The notes under the pieces are model-generated. The model worked only from the letters and a program-made list of their open reading frames with translations, ran no database searches and was not told the origin of the DNA. DNA of 64,000 nucleotides from a virus, in the IMG/VR virus record IMGVR_UViG_3300009071_000006; one strand, given 5' to 3'. The translations under genes and the position numbers were made by a program. Below are positions 1-8,303 of the stretch, one piece after another (the first letter of the stretch is position 1; each line of letters starts with the position of its first letter).

Positions 1-1320
1 CTGACCTACATGATCATAAAACCAAAAGCCATCTCCTAGCCAATTCATAGCACCTGTAAGCTCTTCTCTTGAACTAGGTGCGTCTTTCCCTAGTGTTTGT
101 GCAACAAGGCAGGATATTGTCTCTTCTACCCTGATTTCTAATGAAGCAATACAAACTTTATTACCTGTGCTTGCCAAATGACAGCATAAGTAATTTAGCA
201 ACATAGTTTTACCACTACCGCTAAACCCTGTCATTATACTCAACTCGTTCATCCTTATAAAAAAAGGAATGTTGAAAGGTAAAGGAATACCTCTGTAGTT
301 TTTTTCAGGATTAAAAAATCTTTCTGCTAATTCCCCTTCATAAGTTGATGCATTTTTTAAGTTTTCAGGTTCATAGTTTTTTGCATCCTCAATGATTTTT
401 TTAAGATCACCTTCCTTCAGCATAACCTCGTTAGCATCTTTGTATTCGCCAAAATCTACAGACCTACATCTTTCCCTACCTAATCTCTTAACTATTGACT
501 TCGTAGCTGACTCTCCTGCCTCATCGTTATCTAAGGCAAGTATGATAGTTTCAAATCTACTTAAATAATCAAAGTCGTTAGAAATCCACTCGCTATTAGG
601 ATCATTTCCATTCTGCGCTTCCCATTTTGCCCCAAAAGGAACGCTTACTATTCCATGCTCTTCGCTTTTTAACTCTTGCCATAAAGTCATGCAATCAATC
701 TCTCCTTCCGTTATAATAAGTGTATGCGCATTATCAGAAGTAAGGCTTTTTCCAAATAAAGTTTTGGCTGTATTTGAAGATGACCACATTTGCTTCTTTT
801 TGTTGCCTTCTTTTTTTAAAAACTTTGCCATCTCGCAAGTGCCACCATCTGTAGAATAGTACGGAAACATTACCTCCACACCTTTAGTGCTTACACCAAA
901 AGCCTTAATTGTATCTTTTGACATTCCTCTTTTTTCAATCAAGTAGTTCATTCCGTCTGAGTGTTTTATTTTCCACTCTGAGGAAATCTTAAAAGGCTCA
1001 AATTTTGGTTTAGTACCCTTGATGTATTCTTCTTCATATACACCCAAGTATTTTTTTGCCTCTAAGTATGCATCTACAAAACTTATACGTTTAACCTTTG
1101 CCCAAAGCTCTAATAAGTTATTACCCCCATCATCTCCTGCAAAATCTTTCCATGTTCCTATTTTTCTGCCTGAGGTAACTACTTTTAAGCTTCTGCCTTC
1201 TTCTCCTGCAATACTGCCAACACACCAATCGTTTCGTTCTAATTTTCCGTTAGGTAATAGAAGTTCGCATATACTTAAAGCATCATTGTGTAGCATATCT
1301 TTTATTTCACTAGCATCCAT
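1..1320 (-). CDS. DNA primase-helicase (Toprim primase fused to DnaB/T7 gp4-like helicase); 3' end beyond left window edge
   Basis: My own minus-strand translation from the ATG at 1320-1318 stays open to base 1 (440 codons). It is absent from the ORF track because it is truncated. Toprim motifs LIITEGEIDCMTLW and ILALDNDEAGE, then Walker A MTGFSGSGKT. Confidence 0.85.
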   Translation of the reverse strand, partial: MDASEIKDMLHNDALSICELLLPNGKLERNDWCVGSIAGEEGRSLKVVTSGRKIGTWKDFAGDDGGNNLLELWAKVKRISFVDAYLEAKKYLGVYEEEYIKGTKPKFEPFKISSEWKIKHSDGMNYLIEKRGMSKDTIKAFGVSTKGVEVMFPYYSTDGGTCEMAKFLKKEGNKKKQMWSSSNTAKTLFGKSLTSDNAHTLIITEGEIDCMTLWQELKSEEHGIVSVPFGAKWEAQNGNDPNSEWISNDFDYLSRFETIILALDNDEAGESATKSIVKRLGRERCRSVDFGEYKDANEVMLKEGDLKKIIEDAKNYEPENLKNASTYEGELAERFFNPEKNYRGIPLPFNIPFFIRMNELSIMTGFSGSGKTMLLNYLCCHLASTGNKVCIASLEIRVEETISCLVAQTLGKDAPSSREELTGAMNWLGDGFWFYDHVGQ

Positions 1321-2210
1321 TACACTACCTCCACTACTTTTTTAAGATTTTGTACATCGTCAAATCCTACTACTCTGTACTTAGGGTCAGTAAGGTCTAC
1401 CTTCTGTTTGCCACCGCCACCTACTATAATAACCTCAGTTAAAGCTTCTTTCTTTGCTTTCTCCAATGCAAATGACATCCTATCATTGGCATACTTGCCC
1501 TCCATTATTTTCATGGCATTCATCGTGCCATCCTGCCCAAGCTTAAATATCCAAGACCAATCAGGGTCTTTAATTTGCACAGGTGGATTGTGACCATTCC
1601 GTCCCATAAGAAAATCGCTTTCCTCCAATCTGTCACACAGGTCATAAAAACATTGTGTGTCCTTGTTGTTCTCTCTGTAAAATTTGCCTATGTTTTTTTC
1701 AGTAGTTCCGTATTGCTTTCGCCTAATAAACTTCTTGTGTGGTCTCTGCTTAGTAAGGATTGCAATTATTTCTGCAAATGGCGTGCTTTTAGGTCTTTTA
1801 TCAAAAGTTTCAACAGGTACTTCTAATAATAATTTATTATTATTACTTATTCTTTCTTTATTATTATGGTGGTGGTTTTCCACGTGTGGATTTTCCACGT
1901 GTGGGCTTTTGAAGTATGGATAGTCAGCAAAATCGTATTGATATCCACCTATACTACCATCAGGGTTTTTAAGTTGAGTGCCTTGACAGTATCCAAGTTC
2001 CATCAATTCTTTTAAAGCGCTTCTAACAGAACTTTCTCCGTCTGTAGATTTATTAATTATGTCTGCAACTCTGATTTCCCAATTTTCAGGTTTGCTCATA
2101 CAGTAGGCTAATAAGCCTTTTGATTTCCAACTTAGTTTGGAATCATTTAATATTCTGTTTGGTATTCTTGCGTATGGATCAAATATTTTTTCTTTTATTT
2201 TTATTATCAT
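1320..2210 (-). CDS. Putative replication initiator / winged-helix DNA-binding protein
   Basis: ORF track. The N-terminal RIPNRILNDSKLSWKSKGLLAYCMSKPENWEI...SVRSALKELMELGY looks like a wHTH. TAATG overlap with the primase-helicase start. The gene contains a tandem repeat plus an AT tract. Confidence 0.45.
   Translation of the reverse strand: MIIKIKEKIFDPYARIPNRILNDSKLSWKSKGLLAYCMSKPENWEIRVADIINKSTDGESSVRSALKELMELGYCQGTQLKNPDGSIGGYQYDFADYPYFKSPHVENPHVENHHHNNKERISNNNKLLLEVPVETFDKRPKSTPFAEIIAILTKQRPHKKFIRRKQYGTTEKNIGKFYRENNKDTQCFYDLCDRLEESDFLMGRNGHNPPVQIKDPDWSWIFKLGQDGTMNAMKIMEGKYANDRMSFALEKAKKEALTEVIIVGGGGKQKVDLTDPKYRVVGFDDVQNLKKVVEVV
1876..1905. repeat. Tandem 15-bp direct repeat TTTTCCACGTGTGG(A/G) x2, each with a CACGTG palindrome, next to an AT-only tract (1821-1868)
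   Basis: Read directly: 1876-1890 and 1891-1905 are 14/15 identical. They encode PHVENPHVEN in the linker of the initiator-like gene. Confidence 0.8.
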
Positions 2211-2244
2211 TCGATAGTTATTTTGTAGTTATTTTATGGTTACG

Positions 2245-2496
2245 TTATGTGTCTTCTTGAAAGAAGCCTTCTTCTTCTAGTTTGCTTTCTAGGTAAAAAT
2301 CAAGCTTTATTTTTTCAAGGATTCCAATTATTGCCACAAATGGAACATTTTCCTTAGGTCTTATTTGCAAAGACTCTAACTCTTCATCAAGATCACAAAA
2401 TTCAGCAGTATAATGATTGATCATCCCTTGGAGTTCCATTTCCAAGGCATCGCATTTTTTTGCTACATCCCATTCTTCTCCGTTAGGTTCTATCAT
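2245..2496 (-). CDS. Hypothetical protein (acidic, 83 aa)
   Basis: ORF track. Same strand as its neighbours and overlaps the next gene by 4 nt. Confidence 0.55.
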   Translation of the reverse strand: MIEPNGEEWDVAKKCDALEMELQGMINHYTAEFCDLDEELESLQIRPKENVPFVAIIGILEKIKLDFYLESKLEEEGFFQEDT

Positions 2497-3479
2497 CGGT
2501 CAGATAAAAACACTTCAGGGTATATCCCTCTTTTTGTTTTATCATGACTGCTACCCATCCAAGAGATTTTTATCCATGCGGCGCCTAAAGGTTTTGGAGG
2601 AGCGCCTCGCTCTATATGCCATCCTCCGTATCCATCGCCATACTCTTCTTTGTATCCCGCAATCTTGATATGATATTGAGTGTCTTGGTAAAGTGTTCCT
2701 GTGTCTTTAATTCTATCTCTTGCAATAGGCACAATCCATTGATCGTGTGTGTGACCACTTACGCAGAACGAAGGATCGGGGTGGAATACTGCCTCTCGAT
2801 TTGTTCCGATTACACCTCTTGTTACAGGACCGCCTCCACCTGAACCATGAAAATAGTGTAGCCATTTTCCATCTTGAGCGCCATGACTTTTTCCAACTAA
2901 ACGAACCCATCCACCATATCCTCCCATATAAACTCTATGATTACTTCCTTCGTCTTTAAGGTGTCTATTAAGACCAATCCTGAGCCTGTCAGTTAAGTTT
3001 GTTTCATGGTGTTTTAAAATTGCTGTTTCATGATTTCCCTGTCCAAGAATAGCAAACTGTTTAGCATATGGACTATAAAACTTGACCGCTTCATTTACTA
3101 AGCTATCTAGGTAATCTCCATTTTTGTACTCAGGAAGCAAATCATCTTTTGATGCTCTTCTATCAAACTTACCCTGCATTGCATCGTACAAGTCTCCATT
3201 ATCTAGCACAACTGCATTTCTTTTTACCGCTAATTCTAGATGACGCTTTTCCATCGATCTATCACAATGCTTAGAATCGTGATGGGCATCACTTCGCAAT
3301 AAAACCCAAGCGCACTCTTCTTTACTCTTGAAGTCCCAAGTTATTTTGTGAACATTTCTGCTTACTCTTGTAAGCTTCCAAGGGACGCTTTTTTCTGTTG
3401 CCATGACAAATAATGGAACAGCATTATTGTGTGCGTCAAGTTTTGTAAAGCCATACCAATCCTGCACATATAACAACAA
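2493..3479 (-). CDS. Calcineurin-like metallophosphoesterase
   Basis: Motifs LLRSDAHHD, DNGDLYD, GQGNHE, HG, SGHTHDQW in canonical order. The listed start is TTG at 3479; an ATG at 3404 is an alternative. Confidence 0.8.
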   Translation of the reverse strand: MLLYVQDWYGFTKLDAHNNAVPLFVMATEKSVPWKLTRVSRNVHKITWDFKSKEECAWVLLRSDAHHDSKHCDRSMEKRHLELAVKRNAVVLDNGDLYDAMQGKFDRRASKDDLLPEYKNGDYLDSLVNEAVKFYSPYAKQFAILGQGNHETAILKHHETNLTDRLRIGLNRHLKDEGSNHRVYMGGYGGWVRLVGKSHGAQDGKWLHYFHGSGGGGPVTRGVIGTNREAVFHPDPSFCVSGHTHDQWIVPIARDRIKDTGTLYQDTQYHIKIAGYKEEYGDGYGGWHIERGAPPKPLGAAWIKISWMGSSHDKTKRGIYPEVFLSDR

Positions 3480-3503
3480 TAATGCAGAATATGGTAATTA
3501 AGC

Positions 3504-3767
3504 TCAATTTAAATCACATTCAATGTTTTCACCTTTTTTCTCAATAAGCATACAGCACACTATAGCATCAACTTCTATTTCTGCATCTAATTCATGGACG
3601 CCCTCAATCTTCATGTATTCTTTAACTAATTGACTGTATGCACGCTTTCTTAATTTTTTTGCAGTAGCTTCTGATATTAAACTTTTGGTAGAATCACTAG
3701 TAAGAAATATATCCAACAAGGCTACATCTTCATATCCTAGTGACTGCGAATCCATGCCCCTACTCAT
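3504..3767 (-). CDS. Hypothetical protein
   Basis: ORF track. 4-nt overlap with the downstream gene. Confidence 0.55.
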   Translation of the reverse strand: MSRGMDSQSLGYEDVALLDIFLTSDSTKSLISEATAKKLRKRAYSQLVKEYMKIEGVHELDAEIEVDAIVCCMLIEKKGENIECDLN

Positions 3768-4354
3768 AAAAGCTGAGAGGGCATAGATTTTCCAAGGTTT
3801 TGTTTATTTCCCTCAATAAAGAAGCATGAAGTAATAGCCTGAAATTGGTCATCTGTCATATTGGGATATTTAGTTCTTAGCGTGGTTGCTCCTTGTATGC
3901 ATAAATCCATAAGATTAATATTCTGAACCAATGGAACAGGTAGCATAGAAGCAGTTGAACTAGAAGTGTTTTCTGCAACGCTTATAGGTGCTTCTGTAGT
4001 AACTTCAGTCTGATCGCTGTATTCATCAATTTGAACTATCCCTGCTTTGTCTCCTACGTTTAATTCTTTGTTAACTTGCCCTTTGTACTCGTTATCCTTG
4101 ATAGTAAGACCTTTGCCTTGAGAAGTAGGAGTAATTAAAATCTTAGTTCCTTCTCCATATGGAAATTCTGCTCTTCCCCAAAATGCACACCTAATTGAGC
4201 TTCCACTTGTGTCCTTTATAATGACCTTCTGTACACTATTTTCAGAGTCGCCTTTTGAGAAGACAGAGCGTTTATAAATGTTGGATACTTCGCCTTCTAT
4301 TCCTGTGCATACATATCCTTCAGGTGCAGTTAATAGTTGAGATATTTTATTCAT
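3764..4354 (-). CDS. Hypothetical protein, possible OB-fold ssDNA-binding protein
   Basis: ORF track. The beta-rich N-terminal half (VIIKDTSGSSIRCAFWGRAEF...ILITPTSQGKGLTIKD) is followed by an acidic/Ser-rich linker. The gene sits in the replication region. The fold call is tentative. Confidence 0.35.
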   Translation of the reverse strand: MNKISQLLTAPEGYVCTGIEGEVSNIYKRSVFSKGDSENSVQKVIIKDTSGSSIRCAFWGRAEFPYGEGTKILITPTSQGKGLTIKDNEYKGQVNKELNVGDKAGIVQIDEYSDQTEVTTEAPISVAENTSSSTASMLPVPLVQNINLMDLCIQGATTLRTKYPNMTDDQFQAITSCFFIEGNKQNLGKSMPSQLL

Positions 4355-4401
4355 ATTATTTTGTGTTTATTTTGTTATATTTTTCTGACTTAGGTTTAAT
4401 T

Positions 4402-4430
4402 ATTTGTACAAATTGCTTTCTTTCTGTCAA
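4402..4430 (-). promoter_or_regulatory. Sigma70-type promoter (-35 TTGACA at 4430-4425, A-tract UP element) overlapping the 12-bp perfect palindrome ATTTGTACAAAT (4402-4413)
   Basis: Minus strand reads AAAAAAAAGTCTTGACAGAAAGAAAGCAATTTGTACAAATAATTAAACC, upstream of the 4354 start. Confidence 0.4.
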
Positions 4431-4516
4431 GACTTTTTTTTGCCTTTCCATGTATTCCTTGTCTGACTTTTTTGCTGACACTAGAAGAGTGTCGCTTGAT
4501 ATAAAAACCCACGCAT

Positions 4517-5692
4517 TCATGCAACTTTTTCCATGTTTACAGGATATGGCATTACCCATTTGTTTACAGGTATTTTCCTACCTTTACCTGTCCAATAAAT
4601 CCGATATGTGCCACTTCTCCAATGTGGCTTCATCCTTTTATTGCCCATTAGTTTTTCCTGTTTACTGATATACCCTTTGTATTTAGCGCCTAAGAAATTT
4701 GCCGAGTATAAATTTGATACAGTACTTCCTTTATGTTGGAACTTAATTTTCTTAGATTCTGTTTTGTACTCTGTAGCTTTAGAGGACATATACAAAATTA
4801 AAGTAACCACTAGCTTAGTTAGGTTTTGCATTGAACTTACTTCATTGCGTACGCCTTTAATATCATCTAGATTTTTAAGTTTTTCGTTCTCAAAATAAAA
4901 AGTATTATCATAAGATTTTACTATCTCTCCTAGCCCCTTATCTTTTTCTATTGGGTAACAAGTTACACCAATATCACCTGTGTCGTATGCCATAACTACA
5001 CTAAAGCTTGGAACTATTCTGCAAGGCTCACCCATCTGTTGCTCTAAGCCTTCTAAGATAATTTCTTGAGCTTTATGTTGCTGATCTTCTTCTAGTGATA
5101 ATGTCTCTGTCCATAATCTAGATATCTGTGGTAGATAATGGCGTCCGTCTGTAGACTGCAAGCCTTTTGCTTTTGCATTTAACTCTTGGGTCATAGTTTG
5201 AACATCAAATGATCTAGCATATGCAAGTTGAGTAAGGTAGCACTTATTGTATTCAAAAGACGCACCAAGTTTTTCTCTAGGCTTTTCTCTGTCTAAGTCT
5301 GAATATACATCTTGAATCATATTTATAGGCAGAGTAAACAGACAAGAGTCGAATGGGTATTTTATTTTAGCTAAATCTACCTCATTTGTCATCTGAGTCA
5401 TGCCCATAAGTTTTACTAAATCCTTATCTAGAAAGTAATGTGGAAACATATATGTAGATAGCATTTCACCTACCTTAAATGATATGTCTGCTTGAAAACT
5501 ATAATCAGGACTATCTACACCCTCAATTTTCCCACCTGATGTTGCAAGTTGAAGAGTTGAATACCAAGCAGGATTATAATATCCCTTAGGTACTTTATAC
5601 TCTTTTGGGCAATGCTTTTTCCAATCAGGTGTAAGCTTTGCTTTTGATATAATTTTTTCGTGCAACGATAATATTTTGTCTGTCTTGCTCAT
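4517..5692 (-). CDS. Hypothetical protein (391 aa) with basic C-terminal PHWRSGTYRIYWTGKGRKIPVNKWVMPYPV motif
   Basis: ORF track. I moved the start to the ATG at 5692 (MSKTDK), which forms an ATGA overlap with an upstream micro-ORF. Confidence 0.6.
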   Translation of the reverse strand: MSKTDKILSLHEKIISKAKLTPDWKKHCPKEYKVPKGYYNPAWYSTLQLATSGGKIEGVDSPDYSFQADISFKVGEMLSTYMFPHYFLDKDLVKLMGMTQMTNEVDLAKIKYPFDSCLFTLPINMIQDVYSDLDREKPREKLGASFEYNKCYLTQLAYARSFDVQTMTQELNAKAKGLQSTDGRHYLPQISRLWTETLSLEEDQQHKAQEIILEGLEQQMGEPCRIVPSFSVVMAYDTGDIGVTCYPIEKDKGLGEIVKSYDNTFYFENEKLKNLDDIKGVRNEVSSMQNLTKLVVTLILYMSSKATEYKTESKKIKFQHKGSTVSNLYSANFLGAKYKGYISKQEKLMGNKRMKPHWRSGTYRIYWTGKGRKIPVNKWVMPYPVNMEKVA

Positions 5693-5781
5693 AGGATCAT
5701 ATCGATTATGATTGCTAACCACCCTAGTGCAAATAATGCAGGAATTATAATGTTTTCTTTGTTAAGTATTTTATCTGTCAT
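5689..5781 (-). CDS. Micro-ORF, 30-aa single-pass membrane peptide
   Basis: Own translation: MTDKILNKENIIIPALFALGWLAIIIDMIL. Stop overlaps the next ATG (ATGA). Below the ORF-track size cutoff. Confidence 0.3.
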   Translation of the reverse strand: MTDKILNKENIIIPALFALGWLAIIIDMIL

Positions 5782-5880
5782 TGTGTTGTCCTTTATGTTT
5801 ATGTTTACGATTGTATTTTGACTTATCCTTATGAGGACGTGCCTTGGTGAATACAAATGGAATCCTTGCTTTGGCTCTCA

Positions 5881-6030
5881 TTAGCTTGCTCTGCAAATTC
5901 TTAATGCTTCAGCATCCCAAATTTCAGAAAGCCTTGACAGTATCCAAGTCTGACTGTTTTGAACTCTTGCTCTTGTTAAGGCAGAAGTGATTCTTTGAAG
6001 TCTTGGTTGGTGTTGATTTAAGTTGTTCAT
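5881..6030 (-). CDS. Small protein (49 aa), predicted leaderless
   Basis: Own translation: MNNLNQHQPRLQRITSALTRARVQNSQTWILSRLSEIWDAEALRICRAS. The ATG lies exactly 29 nt downstream of the TTGACA at 6065-6060. Confidence 0.4.
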   Translation of the reverse strand: MNNLNQHQPRLQRITSALTRARVQNSQTWILSRLSEIWDAEALRICRAS

Positions 6031-6036
6031 GATTAC

Positions 6037-6065
6037 ACCCTATGAGATGTTTTTCTTTATGTCAA
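6037..6065 (-). promoter_or_regulatory. Sigma70-type promoter: UP A-tract, TTGACA (6065-6060), N17, TAGGGT (6042-6037)
   Basis: Minus strand AAAAAAGTATTGACATAAAGAAAAACATCTCATAGGGTGTAATCATG. Confidence 0.55.
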
Positions 6066-6083
6066 TACTTTTTTAAAGTTTTT

Positions 6084-6488
6084 TTAACTTTTTTCAATTG
6101 CCCACTTACCTTTTTTTAGGCAGTTCATCATAGTCACTATTTCATTTTCAGTAAAACACGCAAAGTCTGCCAATCCAAGATCATGCACCCATAGCTTATA
6201 TCCATTTCTTACTAGCACTTGCGAGTTAGGATATAATAAAGCGTCGTTCGACATTTTAATACACTCGCCCTCAAGTTTTGGTTCTTGTGATTGTCTTAAA
6301 TACATCCTGTCTATACTTCTTTTTATATAAAGTTTTTTTCTTGAATACTGCAAAGCGCTTTTACTTTGATGTAGATAGTGACCTTTTGATGTTTGGTCAT
6401 TTACCCATTGTTTAAATTCGCTAAAAGGAATTGTAGATTCAAACTCTACTTCCGAGAGCCTTTGTTTTAGATATTTTTGATAAAACAT
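6084..6488 (-). CDS. Hypothetical protein (134 aa)
   Basis: ORF track. Start moved to the ATG at 6488, which follows AGAGG and sits just after the stop of the upstream gene (6490). Confidence 0.55.
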   Translation of the reverse strand: MFYQKYLKQRLSEVEFESTIPFSEFKQWVNDQTSKGHYLHQSKSALQYSRKKLYIKRSIDRMYLRQSQEPKLEGECIKMSNDALLYPNSQVLVRNGYKLWVHDLGLADFACFTENEIVTMMNCLKKGKWAIEKS

Positions 6489-6489
6489 A

Positions 6490-6840
6490 TTACCAACCTC
6501 TTGGATGTTCGCCTGTTTTTTGAAAATGGCGTGCTTCTGATACTGAGCATTTAAGATCATCGCAGATATCTGCCAAACGCTCTTCGTCACGCTCTTGTTG
6601 CTGTCTTACTGCTTCGTAAGGATCGTTGTGAGTCTGTGGAAGACTTTGAAGAACCTTCATAAGCTTGTTGAACTTAGCAAAGCTTTTCTTTTGCTCGCAG
6701 TATTTATAAGCAATTTGCTTTAGGCTAAAACCTGTAAGAAAAATTCTTTGTCCGTCAAGGTTTGCATTAAGAGTTACGGATAAAACTTTCTTTCCGTTGC
6801 TTGTGTATTTGTATTCTATTTGGTGTTTAATGTTGTTCAT
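6490..6840 (-). CDS. Hypothetical protein (116 aa), predicted leaderless
   Basis: ORF track. ATGAACAAC start 29 nt after the TTGACA at 6875-6870. Confidence 0.6.
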   Translation of the reverse strand: MNNIKHQIEYKYTSNGKKVLSVTLNANLDGQRIFLTGFSLKQIAYKYCEQKKSFAKFNKLMKVLQSLPQTHNDPYEAVRQQQERDEERLADICDDLKCSVSEARHFQKTGEHPRGW

Positions 6841-6846
6841 GCCTTA

Positions 6847-6875
6847 AACCTACTAAAGAATTTACAACTTGTCAA
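6847..6875 (-). promoter_or_regulatory. Sigma70-type promoter: UP A-tract, TTGACA, N17, TAGGTT
   Basis: Minus strand TTTAAAAAAGTATTGACAAGTTGTAAATTCTTTAGTAGGTTTAAGGCATG. Confidence 0.6.
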
Positions 6876-6903
6876 TACTTTTTTAAAAAAAAATTAAAAA
6901 AAA

Positions 6904-7068
6904 TTAAAGACCCATTTTATTAATCAGATAATTCACGGCTACTTCGCTATTGCCTACTTGCTCTAGTTTATAGCAGTTATCTGATATAATTCCCCAATCT
7001 TGAAGTATTTCGAGTATTTGGCTATCTGAGTATACAGTACCAATTATCCACTTCTGTAAAATATTCAT
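6904..7068 (-). CDS. Small hypothetical protein (54 aa)
   Basis: Own translation: MNILQKWIIGTVYSDSQILEILQDWGIISDNCYKLEQVGNSEVAVNYLINKMGL. ATGA overlap with the stop of the upstream gene. Confidence 0.45.
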   Translation of the reverse strand: MNILQKWIIGTVYSDSQILEILQDWGIISDNCYKLEQVGNSEVAVNYLINKMGL

Positions 7069-7298
7069 GTTAAGACAGCTTTACCTTTTAATAATATAGC
7101 ATTCCCTAGAATTTCAAATCCTGCATATACTGAAGCTTTAACATTAAAGGGCAGATTTAATCTTCGCCCATCTTCATTAATTAGTATCATTTCTTTCTTT
7201 GGGAGATACTGAGCTTCAACATATCCACCTACAAATTCCTGAAGGTATTCTAGGGTAGGTTCTTTGTCATCTTTGGTTTCAAATTTAGGTGCGTCCAT
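7065..7298 (-). CDS. DUF3846-like protein
   Basis: TLEYLQEFVGGYVE...ILINEDGRRLNLPFN matches my memory of the DUF3846 pattern (LQ..VGG.IE...EEG...P.N). Confidence 0.45.
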   Translation of the reverse strand: MDAPKFETKDDKEPTLEYLQEFVGGYVEAQYLPKKEMILINEDGRRLNLPFNVKASVYAGFEILGNAILLKGKAVLT

Positions 7299-7476
7299 TA
7301 TATTTCCTTTCTAGTTCTTTGATTCTTTCCGTAAGAAGTCTTATTTCGTATATAAAATAACTTCTTATGTTTTGAATAGCTACTTCGCTTTCTTTTGACC
7401 CAAAGTATGACCCAATAATAAAACCAATGATTGCAGACACTACAATTGTTGCTACAAATTCAATTATTGTTTCCAT
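7285..7476 (-). CDS. Small membrane protein (N-terminal TM helix, coiled-coil tail)
   Basis: ORF track. Hydrophobic stretch IIEFVATIVVSAIIGFIIGSYFG. Confidence 0.55.
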   Translation of the reverse strand: METIIEFVATIVVSAIIGFIIGSYFGSKESEVAIQNIRSYFIYEIRLLTERIKELERKYNGRT

Positions 7477-7715
7477 ATGCTTAGTTGTTCCTTTGTTAGC
7501 TCAGAAGTCATTCCTAACTCGTTAATATACCACCATACTACATTTTTGGTTTCTCCATTTAAGGCATTAAACCATTCCATGTCACAATCCTGTATAGGGA
7601 TTAAGTCATCTAGTTCCTGTAAGGGCAATCCACTTGCGTTAAGAGTGCCTACGCATCTTTGATGTAAGTAACTACCTATGTCACTTAATACTATCTGTTC
7701 ACTTGCTATTGTCAT
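7464..7715 (-). CDS. Hypothetical protein, predicted leaderless
   Basis: ORF track frame. I prefer the ATG at 7715 (MTIASEQ), exactly 29 nt after the TTGACA at 7750-7745, over the listed GTG at 7724. Confidence 0.5.
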   Translation of the reverse strand: MTIASEQIVLSDIGSYLHQRCVGTLNASGLPLQELDDLIPIQDCDMEWFNALNGETKNVVWWYINELGMTSELTKEQLSIWKQ

Positions 7716-7721
7716 GCCCTC

Positions 7722-7750
7722 CACTAAAAAGGGCTATAGATAGATGTCAA
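7722..7750 (-). promoter_or_regulatory. Sigma70-type promoter: UP A-tract, TTGACA, N17, TTAGTG
   Basis: Minus strand TGTAAAAAAAGTATTGACATCTATCTATAGCCCTTTTTAGTGGAGGGCATG. Confidence 0.5.
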
Positions 7751-7758
7751 TACTTTTT

Positions 7759-8097
7759 TTACAAATTAGGTCTTTTAAAATCCTCAAAGATTTTTTTATT
7801 TTTATTTTCTACCTTATTGCACACGCCTAATGTGTGTATTTGCAGGAAGTCCATAAAGCTATCAAAAACCCAATTTAAAGAAGCTGATGCAAAAGGTATA
7901 TAAATCAATTCTACTAAGTTTCTGTCAGTATAGTATTTTGCACTTGCAAGAGCCAAACCTACCCAAAAGCCTAAGCACAGAGAACATGATAATAATTTCT
8001 TTATTAATCCTATCTTGCATAGCAGTTTTCTTGGTGCGTTAAAAATTGACCCATACATAAGGATCATTGTTATTCCTATAGATGCTAGTAAGATCAT
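7759..8097 (-). CDS. Membrane protein, DUF1360-like
   Basis: Three hydrophobic segments and a CSLCLGFW motif resembling the C.WC..FW signature I associate with DUF1360. Confidence 0.4.
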   Translation of the reverse strand: MILLASIGITMILMYGSIFNAPRKLLCKIGLIKKLLSCSLCLGFWVGLALASAKYYTDRNLVELIYIPFASASLNWVFDSFMDFLQIHTLGVCNKVENKNKKIFEDFKRPNL

Positions 8098-8303
8098 GCC
8101 CTTGCCTCCAATATATCAATAGCCCCTTGAATCATCTTGGCTCTTTCTTTTGGGATTTTTACTTCTCCCCCAAAATCATCTTTAATGACAATGTAATTTT
8201 CTTCCCTAACTTCTACAGAAGGGCAATTAGCTTTACCACAGCAAAGTAAAATTTGATCGCCTTTAATTCTGTAGCTTGTATCTTCAGTTTTATTCTTCTT
8301 CAT
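8094..8303 (-). CDS. Hypothetical protein
   Basis: ORF track. Overlaps both neighbours. Confidence 0.5.
   Translation of the reverse strand: MKKNKTEDTSYRIKGDQILLCCGKANCPSVEVREENYIVIKDDFGGEVKIPKERAKMIQGAIDILEARA

Noticed and set aside
1019-1345. Plus-strand ORFs listed throughout the track, for example 1019..1345, 4255..4668, 24393..24881, 27401..27691, 62707..63030 and 63448..63780.
   Set aside because: All lie antisense to longer, motif-bearing or tightly packed minus-strand genes. They have low-complexity, Ser/Leu/Phe-rich products and no promoter or RBS, so they are shadow ORFs. The only plus-strand ORF I keep is 19125..19514.
4356-4559. 67-codon minus-strand ORF between the 391-aa gene and the SSB-like gene.
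   Set aside because: It starts inside the preceding gene. It also spans the UP-element/TTGACA promoter and the palindrome, so it is more plausibly a regulatory region than coding sequence.
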